Positions 16,305-23,800 of a stretch of 32,000 nt of DNA are shown in pieces. How positions within the stretch are numbered: position 1 is the stretch's first letter; every line of letters starts with the position of its first letter. The position numbers and the translations under genes are program-made. The notes beneath the pieces were generated by a model, which saw nothing but the letters and a program-made list of their open reading frames with translations, ran no database searches and was not told where the DNA came from. Location: the NCBI GenBank assembly GCA_003345555.1, contig PRDJ01000057.1, positions 1 to 32,000 of the forward strand, written 5' to 3'. This stretch comes from Candidatus Thorarchaeota archaeon. Its GTDB lineage: Archaea; Asgardarchaeota; Thorarchaeia; Thorarchaeales; Thorarchaeaceae.

Positions 16305-17080
16305 GTCTCCTTGGGTTTTTAGAGGTCTTTCAGTACACCCGCAGAGACTCACCAATACACAGTCTTGATCCGAGGTCCAAGCTGTTTCTCTCAATCGTTT
16401 GCGCTGTAATATCCGTACTCTTTACTGATATCTTGCCCCTCTTGATAGTCTTCTTCTGCGTGCTTCCTTTGATTGCATTGGCCAGGTCAATGAAGCGGTG
16501 GGCCAGAAGCATGAAAGGGCTCTCAATCCTGCTCGTATTCGTGATTGTCTTCAATACTCTGCTATCTCCAGTGACTAACCCATTCTCTCGCTCAATTGCG
16601 CTGACAATTCGCTTGATTGCCCTGATGACATCAATCTCGGTCTTCTTCTTAACGGTGCATCCCGATCAACTTTCACAGGCACTCATCCAGATGCATGTGA
16701 AATTCGAGTTTGCATTCGCGATGAGCATGGCCATGAGATATGTGCCGACCCTAGCTCAGGAGGCTTATGCAATAATGGACTCTCAGAAAGCTCGCGGAGT
16801 GGAGCTTGATAGGGGCAACCCTGTCAGACGAATAAGAAACATCGTGCCTATTATCGTTCCATTGATCATAGTCTCTATGAGGAGAGCTCTATCCATAGCG
16901 GAGAGTATGGAGTCCAGAGGATTCGGTGCATCCAAGAAGCGCACGTACATGGACAGGCTCAGATTCAGAAAGCGGGACTGGGGCGTTGTGCTGGCGTCTG
17001 TCTTAGCGCTTGTCCTGTTGACGTATGTTAGGCTGTACGTTCCGCTGCCTGAATGGATGCTATGGTCTCTTCCATTCTAA
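16301..17080 (+). CDS. ecfT: ECF transporter T component (EcfT/CbiQ)
   Basis: HSLDPRSKL, MAMRYVP, SQKARG and AESMESRGF coupling-helix Arg motifs. Confidence 0.93.
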   Translation: MSLLGFLEVFQYTRRDSPIHSLDPRSKLFLSIVCAVISVLFTDILPLLIVFFCVLPLIALARSMKRWARSMKGLSILLVFVIVFNTLLSPVTNPFSRSIALTIRLIALMTSISVFFLTVHPDQLSQALIQMHVKFEFAFAMSMAMRYVPTLAQEAYAIMDSQKARGVELDRGNPVRRIRNIVPIIVPLIIVSMRRALSIAESMESRGFGASKKRTYMDRLRFRKRDWGVVLASVLALVLLTYVRLYVPLPEWMLWSLPF

Positions 17081-17160
17081 TCATCATACTACCTCCGGTC
17101 TTGGGCGAATAGTCCATGCTCAGAGAATTTATCTTGTGGTTGAACAAATAGTGTTAGCCA

Positions 17161-17745
17161 ATGACAGGGACCAATAAGCTGAAACTGCCTACGAGGGAGA
17201 GCTATTCAGTAGGGAGTTTGATAGAGGATCTCAAGGTAGTTGAGCCCACTCCTTCGAGTCTGTACAAGATTGGTTCTGAGGTTGTATACTTCGAATGGAC
17301 CTGCTGCAAGGACAACCTTGGTGAAGGGAGTTCAGTCACTAGTGGGTTGTCGCAGCTTCTCGAGTTCATGCAAGGCGGATATGAACAGCGACTGGTTAAG
17401 GGAGAATTGTGGAGAGCAACTGACACTCCGAAGACTGCCATCGGCCAATTCGCGAAGACGTTGCCGGGCGAGCTAATGGACTACGTGCTTGGCAGGCCTG
17501 TTGACTATATCCAGAATGTCCTGCAATCCGCATATGAGCAGCAGCTGCACGATATGAAGGACTACGAGCGACTAGAAGAAGGCGTTCGGAGGGAAATAGA
17601 TGCCTCCCCGAACGATTCCGATCTCTACAACAAGCTGAGGTTGCTACTCTGGATCCTAGGTCGCTATAAGGAATCCAGCCAAGCATTCAGGGTAGCCAAG
17701 AAGCTTGGGTGGAATCCAGAGACCAGCAAACTGGTTGCGCTCTGA
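17161..17745 (+). CDS. Hypothetical protein with a C-terminal TPR-like repeat
   Basis: 194 aa; C-terminal IDASPNDSDLYNKLRLLLWILGRYKESSQAFRVA fits a single TPR; N-terminal region unrecognised. Confidence 0.7.
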   Translation: MTGTNKLKLPTRESYSVGSLIEDLKVVEPTPSSLYKIGSEVVYFEWTCCKDNLGEGSSVTSGLSQLLEFMQGGYEQRLVKGELWRATDTPKTAIGQFAKTLPGELMDYVLGRPVDYIQNVLQSAYEQQLHDMKDYERLEEGVRREIDASPNDSDLYNKLRLLLWILGRYKESSQAFRVAKKLGWNPETSKLVAL

Positions 17746-17830
17746 GCAATGCAAGCCTGACATGGTTTGCTATCCTGAAAGGTTCCTGCTGTCCACTTTC
17801 CCAGTGTTCCGACATCGGAGCTTTCCGTCT

Positions 17831-18226
17831 TCACCTATAGGGCGTCGTGGCGGGACAACCCCTGCATTGAAACTGGACCCTCAGGCCGCAGTCTTCGCAG
17901 TCGGCCCCACATGGTGCCTTTCTGGATATTCTGGCATCTTTCTGTCTGAACCTGACTGCGGACACAAGATTGTCAATCGTGGCAATATCCACGCTGATTG
18001 CGCCAATGATATCCGGTTTGTCTCGAGGATACTCGAGCCACCACATCTTTGTTCTAGGCACAACAAGAATATTGTAAAACTGGTCTCCTGATGTGCCAAC
18101 AGCAATAGAGTATGGGCAAGTACTCATGGCCTGTGCCAATCTTTCGGCTTCTTCTGGGGACGGCATCTTTGCAGTCAGAACACCGCAGACATACTCCTCA
18201 TCACTTGCACCCGGCTTCTTCGGCGT
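17831..18226 (-). CDS. Lrp/AsnC ligand-binding (RAM)-like domain plus five-Cys cluster, no HTH; start uncertain (ACG 18226, ATG 18166 or ATG 18355)
   Basis: Ferredoxin-like pattern CGVLTAK / SPEEAERLAQAMSTCPY / FYNILVVP and C-terminal C-x3-C-x2-C-x7-C-x2-C (APCGADCEDCGLRVQFQCRGCPAT). Confidence 0.6.
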   Translation of the reverse strand, partial: TPKKPGASDEEYVCGVLTAKMPSPEEAERLAQAMSTCPYSIAVGTSGDQFYNILVVPRTKMWWLEYPRDKPDIIGAISVDIATIDNLVSAVRFRQKDARISRKAPCGADCEDCGLRVQFQCRGCPATTPYR

Positions 18227-18288
18227 ATCTAAGCACCCCGTTGCTTGATCATGGCCAAGTTTGCATGTCCGCCGCAGGTTTTGACGGC

Positions 18289-18783
18289 CTAGTGCTTTAC
18301 GCCATAGTACGTCATCATGTCTACCTGCTTGCCCGCCAACTTCAAGTACATCCACAGCTGCATCTTGTGCATGGCCATATGTGTGGTCAGCTCCTGCAGG
18401 TAATCAACCCATCTCTTTGGGGGGCCCTGCTCATAGAATGGTTTCACCTTGGGGTCAAGGATTTCCTTGTCTGTTAGTTTCTTGACATACTTGCTGACTG
18501 AATCTACGCCTTGGTCGAAGACCTTCAGGATATCTGGAAGAGAATCACGATTCAGTTTCTTCTCCATGGCTTGAGCTTGTTCGGGCTTGGCAATCTCACC
18601 GAGGAGAACGGCCAAGTCCATTTGCGGACTCTGTGCAAGGTGGTTTGATAGCTGCACGAGTGTTCGCATTCCTTGCTTTGCTTGGAACTTCGGGTCGACG
18701 CCCTGTGTGGCCTCAATGACAACTCTCACTTGCTTGGCTTCATGTGTAAAGCCATCAAGCAGCACGCTAGCGATAGTAACCAT
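18289..18783 (-). CDS. DinB/YfiT superfamily protein
   Basis: MRTL.QL.NHL and THMAMHKMQLWMYLK His triad. ATG 18783 follows RBS-like GAGGATGTGA. Confidence 0.9.
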   Translation of the reverse strand: MVTIASVLLDGFTHEAKQVRVVIEATQGVDPKFQAKQGMRTLVQLSNHLAQSPQMDLAVLLGEIAKPEQAQAMEKKLNRDSLPDILKVFDQGVDSVSKYVKKLTDKEILDPKVKPFYEQGPPKRWVDYLQELTTHMAMHKMQLWMYLKLAGKQVDMMTYYGVKH

Positions 18784-18968
18784 ATTCACATCCTCAGTTG
18801 TAGGAATCAGGTTTTCCTTCGAGATAGACGTTTCGGCTAGCGTAGAATTCGAATCTCATATTCATAGGGATGCGGCTATGGCTTCTGATATATTGTGAAA
18901 GATCAGCGCTTGGCTGTCACCATACTTCTTTATGTTGCACTTGTGCATAACGCACTCAGTGTGAGGAC

Positions 18969-20999
18969 GTGGTTCTCTTGCAGACTGATGTCTCGAAGGC
19001 AATGACGATCAAGCTATCGTCTGAACTCCCTCCAGACCCTGTCTTTGACCCGAAGTACAGGAGAGCTCCGAACAGGGGTTTCAATCTGGGCAATCAGGAG
19101 ACAGTGTTAGCTGTCAAGAACGCGCTGAGGTACGTGCCTCAGAATCTGCATGCCAAGCTGACACCCGAATTCTTGAGCGAGCTAACGACTCGTGGGCGGA
19201 TCTACGGGTATCGCTACCGTCCGGCAGGCGCCATCAAGGCCAAACCGGTCGACGAATACAAGGGCGTTCTTGAGGCTAGGGCACTACAACTGATGATGGA
19301 CAACAACGTCAGTTTCGACGTTGCCTTGTATCCGTATGAGCTCGTGACTTACGGTGAGAGCGGCCAGGTTTGTCAGAATTGGATGCAATTCCAACTGATC
19401 AAGAAGTACTTGGAGGCAATGACCGAAGACCAGACGTTAGTTGTCAGTTCTGGACATCCTGTTGGCCTGTTCCCATCTCACAGGAATGCTCCTCGGGCCA
19501 TCTTGACGAATGGTCTGATGGTTGGTATGTTCGACACTCCTGAAGGGTTTCATCGTGCTGCAGCGCTGGGTGTAGCAAACTATGCACAAATGACAGCTGG
19601 CGGTTGGATGTATATTGGTCCACAGGGAATCGTCCATGGAACATACATCACGTTGTTGAATGCCGGCCGGCTCTATCTTGGTATCTCTCAGAACCAAGAC
19701 ATTCGCGGCAGGGTCTATCTCTCTTCGGGCTTGGGTGGCATGAGTGGCGCTCAAGCAAAGGCAGTCGAGATTGCAGGCGGAATTGGTGTCATTGCTGAAG
19801 TTGACAAGAGCCGCATAGACACGAGAAAGGAGCAGGGTTGGCTAAGCAAATGGTCAGCTGACCTAAAGGAGGTCTTCAGCTGGGTTGACCAGTATCGGAA
19901 GAAGAAGGAGCAAGTATCCATTGGTTACTATGGCAATGTCGTGGATCTCTGGCAGTACGTAGTAGACCACAAAATCCCGATCGACTTGGCTTCCGATCAG
20001 ACATCTTGCCACGACGCTTACGGTGGAGGATACACTCCACAAGGTGTTACGTTCGAACTAGGCAGAGAGCTACTCAAGAGCGACCGTGAGCGATTCAGAC
20101 AGCTGGTTGACTCTTCGCTCCGCAAGCAATTCGAGCTCATTCTTACGATGACGAAGCGCGGCACTCACTTCTGGGACTATGGCAACAGCTTCATGAAAGC
20201 AGTCTTTGATGCCGGTGTTATGTCGATTGCCAAGAACGGAAAGGACACCATGGAGGGCTTCATCTTCCCGTCGTATGTGGAAGACATTATGGGCCCAATC
20301 TGTTTTGACTATGGCTATGGTCCGTTCCGTTGGGTCTGCTTGAGCGGAAAACACGATGATTTGATAGCGACCGACAAAGCAGCGATGAGATGCATTGACC
20401 CGAATCGACGCGGACAAGACAGGGACAATCATACATGGATTCGCGATGCTGAGAAGCATAACTTGGTCGTAGGCTCTCAGGCTAGGATTCTCTATTCAGA
20501 TGCGGGCGGCAGGGTTAAGATTGCGCTGGAATTCAACAGGATGGTGCGAGAAGGCAAGGTTGGTCCAGTGATGCTTGGCCGCGATCACCATGATACAGGA
20601 GGAACAGATTCGCCGTTCAGAGAGACGTCGAACATACGTGACGGCAGCAACGTAATGAGCGACATGGCACATCAGTGCTGGGCGGGAAATGCTGCACGTG
20701 GGATGACACTCTGTGTTCTGTCCAATGGTGGAGGTGTCGGAACTGGAAAGGCTATCAACGGTGGCTTTGGACTGGTTCTCGATGGCACGCAGAGAGTTGA
20801 TGAAATCATCAAGTCTGCGGTGGAATGGGACGTAATGGGCGGTGTGGCGCGCAGGGCTTGGGCGCAGAATGGCCATGCCGTCGAGACTGCGGTTGTATGG
20901 AATGACGCGATGAAAGGCAGGGGCCACATCACACTGCCATTCATACCGGAAGATGGTCTGGTAGAGCGGCTCATACAGGAATTCATGGACACAAGATAG
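18969..20999 (+). CDS. hutU: Urocanate hydratase, long form
   Basis: ELVTYG, QMTAGGWMYIGPQGIVHGT, SGLGGMSGAQ, SDQTSCH, YGPFRW, GRDHHD.GGTDSPFRET; about 676 aa with an N-terminal extension. Confidence 0.97.
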   Translation: MVLLQTDVSKAMTIKLSSELPPDPVFDPKYRRAPNRGFNLGNQETVLAVKNALRYVPQNLHAKLTPEFLSELTTRGRIYGYRYRPAGAIKAKPVDEYKGVLEARALQLMMDNNVSFDVALYPYELVTYGESGQVCQNWMQFQLIKKYLEAMTEDQTLVVSSGHPVGLFPSHRNAPRAILTNGLMVGMFDTPEGFHRAAALGVANYAQMTAGGWMYIGPQGIVHGTYITLLNAGRLYLGISQNQDIRGRVYLSSGLGGMSGAQAKAVEIAGGIGVIAEVDKSRIDTRKEQGWLSKWSADLKEVFSWVDQYRKKKEQVSIGYYGNVVDLWQYVVDHKIPIDLASDQTSCHDAYGGGYTPQGVTFELGRELLKSDRERFRQLVDSSLRKQFELILTMTKRGTHFWDYGNSFMKAVFDAGVMSIAKNGKDTMEGFIFPSYVEDIMGPICFDYGYGPFRWVCLSGKHDDLIATDKAAMRCIDPNRRGQDRDNHTWIRDAEKHNLVVGSQARILYSDAGGRVKIALEFNRMVREGKVGPVMLGRDHHDTGGTDSPFRETSNIRDGSNVMSDMAHQCWAGNAARGMTLCVLSNGGGVGTGKAINGGFGLVLDGTQRVDEIIKSAVEWDVMGGVARRAWAQNGHAVETAVVWNDAMKGRGHITLPFIPEDGLVERLIQEFMDTR

Positions 21000-21014
21000 T
21001 AACTTGGTTTCTGG

Positions 21015-21662
21015 CTATCTGACGCTAGGGCCTTCTGCCACCAGCCGGAACGACCTACGACAGTTCTGGCATATCGCCTTTCCTTCAACTATGTGATCAG
21101 GTAGGTAGTTGTAGACTGCCTTGCAGTTTGGGCAGGTGCCAAGAATCGCAATCGATTCTGCCTGTTTTTCAGTGCTGATGCCAAATCGGAAGCGAGACAA
21201 GGCCAATCCAGCCAGACCATTGAACACGGAAGCACCAGCAATCCAGAGTGCGATTAGAAGAGATAATTGTAGTGCGCTTAGAACGAAAACTGGACCTGCC
21301 AACCCTGCGATAAGCGTCAGTAGATAGAATATCAGTGCCGATAGAGAAAACAACACTGGTCCACGAACCAAGAAATCCATCCGAGCAGACTTCTTGGGCG
21401 TTGACCAGAGAATCTTTGAGACTTCTCTGTTGACTAGCCCCTCTAGAATACCGAATGACAAGAAAGTGACCACTAGGGCATTGAAACCTACAAAGTCGAT
21501 CTGCCAAGGCAGACCAGACGAAAAGAAGACAATCAGATAAGCTATGAATATTCCTGTGACTACCAAGCCGTGCAGGAGAAGCTTGCCAACTCTGATTGGT
21601 AGCGAACGGACATGCCCAGTGCTGTCTAGAGTAGAAGCTCGCCGTCCCTCAATTTCAACCAT
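21015..21662 (-). CDS. Hypothetical membrane protein (about 4 TM) with a C-terminal Zn ribbon
   Basis: Hydrophobic helices followed by CPNC-x17-CQNC; ATG preceded by GAGGGA. Confidence 0.75.
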   Translation of the reverse strand: MVEIEGRRASTLDSTGHVRSLPIRVGKLLLHGLVVTGIFIAYLIVFFSSGLPWQIDFVGFNALVVTFLSFGILEGLVNREVSKILWSTPKKSARMDFLVRGPVLFSLSALIFYLLTLIAGLAGPVFVLSALQLSLLIALWIAGASVFNGLAGLALSRFRFGISTEKQAESIAILGTCPNCKAVYNYLPDHIVEGKAICQNCRRSFRLVAEGPSVR

Positions 21663-21811
21663 TTCTTATTCCCTCGATCCAAGGTCTAGTTCCTGAATCC
21701 AGCCTACGAAGATAAAATTTGCGTCTGCTCGCGGAGTTCCCAGGTTGAACAATGCGAATGGACTCTATTCACAGCGAGCAAGGACACATGATGATCGGCC
21801 TTTCTATTCAA

Positions 21812-22957
21812 TCATGCTGCGAAGCCTGTCATCTGTTTACGTGCTCTTCCGGCAATGGCTTTGGCTCCTGTCCAGACGAAGAGGCTGGGTCCCAAGACCA
21901 GTATCATCAGATAAAGCACGCTTCCCACAATCGAGTCAATTATGGGCACCGCGCACATGATGATTATCAACAGCGTGAGTGCACCAAAGCAGTATTCAAC
22001 GTCCCTGAGCGTGATCATTCTGAAGGGCGAGGGCGGTGTAGTGCTGATTTCATCTTTCGCAGGGTCTATCAGAACCAGCATTGCAACAAGCGCATACAGA
22101 CACAATGTCCACAGGATTGTTGCTGGACTAGGAATGGCTTCGGGCCGAAGAAGTGGAAATGTCACAATGTAGAGCAGCAGCACGTACAAAGTCACTACAG
22201 AGAATCCTGGTCTGCCAAGTTTGAGTGAGTTGATTGACATCTGCCCTCCATATCTGCGCTTGGTTAGTTTCGTCACCAATACTATCGCTAACAGACTGAC
22301 GACCGCGGTCAGACCTGCAGCCAGCACATTCAGAAATGAGTTGGCCGAGAGGAAGGCTGCCCCACCTACGAATACGATCCCGAAGAGAATCGAAGTGCGT
22401 TTGCTTCTCCTTAGGTATCTAATGTGACTTGGCAACACAACCTGTGTGACATCTCGTCCGCCATTGGTTGATACTGCAATAATCTGGAAGATGAGTATTG
22501 GTACAATGAATGACATGACGGGGTGCCAAAAGAAGACAATGACGGGTACCTCTGCCACTGCAAACCCGAGTACCGTGCCCCATCCTGGTAACTGCCCGAA
22601 ATAACCCGCCCAAACCACTTTCGTGACCCACGATTCGTACAGGCCGAAAAGCACACCCAAGAGGTACAGGTCAGAAATGGAGGTACGTCTGAGTCTGAAC
22701 GCAATATTGAGGAAAAGCAGCGTGTGTGACCAGTACAGAGGCAGTGTAACAAGCCAAGACCAGACACTAAGGAACCACAGCACGGAGGAACCAGAGAGTG
22801 CTTCCGCAAAGACCATGGAAAGGATGCCTACGAGTAACAATGCAAGGGGCTGGGAACCCGAGCTGAGCTCTGTACGAGTCATATAGGGTGTCGATGCAAT
22901 GACCTTCCGATATTCCTTCCTCTGCCAGAATGCGGCATTCTTCGTTGATCCACTCAT
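21812..22957 (-). CDS. Hypothetical multipass membrane protein
   Basis: 381 aa with about 10 TM; polar motifs inside helices (AE..SG, GLYESWVTKV, FFWHP.MSF) suggest a conserved family of unknown function. Confidence 0.8.
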   Translation of the reverse strand: MSGSTKNAAFWQRKEYRKVIASTPYMTRTELSSGSQPLALLLVGILSMVFAEALSGSSVLWFLSVWSWLVTLPLYWSHTLLFLNIAFRLRRTSISDLYLLGVLFGLYESWVTKVVWAGYFGQLPGWGTVLGFAVAEVPVIVFFWHPVMSFIVPILIFQIIAVSTNGGRDVTQVVLPSHIRYLRRSKRTSILFGIVFVGGAAFLSANSFLNVLAAGLTAVVSLLAIVLVTKLTKRRYGGQMSINSLKLGRPGFSVVTLYVLLLYIVTFPLLRPEAIPSPATILWTLCLYALVAMLVLIDPAKDEISTTPPSPFRMITLRDVEYCFGALTLLIIIMCAVPIIDSIVGSVLYLMILVLGPSLFVWTGAKAIAGRARKQMTGFAA

Positions 22958-23111
22958 GATAAGACTCCAGCATTGTGCGTCTTGGGTTGGGACACATCTC
23001 TAGCCGGGAACGGAATCGATCATGGTTCCGGTGACCGCCTATAAGTACGTAAAAGCTTAAGTCAGAATAAACGAAGTATGTCTGTGAAAGTCGGTACAGG
23101 CGGGGAATAGT

Positions 23112-23567
23112 GTGAAGGAAATAGAACTGGACGTATTCGAAATTGATAGTTTGTTGCGCTTTCTTCAGCAGAACTATTCAAAGGTGCTCCAAAGGATTTG
23201 GCAAGAAGGCTCAAAGACCCTTGCAGTGTTCATTCATGAGGAATTCGTGTGGCGAACGAGCAGCAATCAGACGATAACGGTCATTCTTGAGTATGATGCA
23301 CAGGAAGGTCGCTGTAAGCTCGCGGTTGTTGCCAGTGGTGGTAGATCCGGCGTGTTACAGTTCGACTGGGGGTCCCAGGGCTCCGCAGAATCTACTTTCA
23401 TCAAGGCCGTGGAGCAATTCAGGAATAACATGCATAGTGTGAAGATAAGGTGCTCCGCTTGTGGTGTAACCTATTCCTACCCACCTGTCACACAAAGGAC
23501 GGGGAAATTGAGATGCCAGAACTGCGGCCACGTCATAATAGTTGATGGCGCTGAGGCTTTGTGGTGA
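23112..23567 (+). CDS. DUF6054-like domain fused to a C-terminal Zn ribbon
   Basis: ASGGRSG.LQFDWG resembles the DUF6054 pattern (from recall, not searched); C-terminal CSAC-x17-CQNC. Confidence 0.65.
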   Translation: MKEIELDVFEIDSLLRFLQQNYSKVLQRIWQEGSKTLAVFIHEEFVWRTSSNQTITVILEYDAQEGRCKLAVVASGGRSGVLQFDWGSQGSAESTFIKAVEQFRNNMHSVKIRCSACGVTYSYPPVTQRTGKLRCQNCGHVIIVDGAEALW

Positions 23568-23650
23568 AATAGCACGGCCTACGAGGTTGAAAAGCAAACT
23601 ACGCACGCCGATTTGAGATCTAGTTTGATTGCATCGAAACGGCACGGGTG

Positions 23651-23660
23651 TTTTTTCTTT
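23651..23660 (+). terminator. Oligo-T tract, possible archaeal terminator upstream of the hutH promoter
   Basis: TTTTTTCTTT about 84 nt after the stop at 23567 and just before the TATA-like TTAAGTTAAGT. Confidence 0.4.
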
Positions 23661-23686
23661 CACTGATTAAGTTAAGTACCGGGAAT

Positions 23687-23800
23687 TGACAATCACTTGT
23701 GCTCTCAGATATCACAAGGTAATCGCATCTATGGTGTCGGTCTGATCCAGACCCGAGAGCATCAAGATTATCACTACACAGAACCGAGGCGAAACCTGTG
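23687..23800 (+). promoter_or_regulatory. Candidate structured, possibly switchable hutH leader RNA
   Basis: P1 CTTG-TGCTCTC / GAGAGCA-T-CAAG (11 bp with one bulge); inner helices AGAT/ATCT and GGTCTG/CAGACC; competing CTTGTG/CACAAG; CACAG/CTGTG hairpin over the RBS and start codon. Confidence 0.4.

Noticed and set aside
14629-17080. ECF module as a NikR-controlled NikMNQO/CbiMNQO nickel or cobalt importer
   Set aside because: No M/N components, it has two separate ATPases typical of group II modules, and there is no operator-like palindrome upstream.
17745-17833. Possible selenocysteine read-through of the TGA ending the five-Cys protein, with nearby hairpins as a SECIS
   Set aside because: The TGA falls at a natural-looking end after the Cys cluster, the downstream frame has no protein-like features, and the hairpins lack a SECIS core; they are better explained as convergent terminators.
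18845-18858. TTCGAATC T-loop-like motif in the dinB/hutU intergenic region
   Set aside because: Lacks the G53-C61 pair, a T stem and the rest of a cloverleaf.
21788-21850. Perfect C box (ATGATGA) suggesting a C/D sRNA
   Set aside because: No CTGA D box at a suitable distance downstream, and the region runs into a coding sequence.
18938-23702. Shared 9-mer CACTTGTGC upstream of hutU (18938) and hutH (23694)
   Set aside because: A 9-mer match between two regions of about 200 nt has a rough chance expectation of about 0.3; the spacing from the TATA differs and the motif is absent upstream of hutI.
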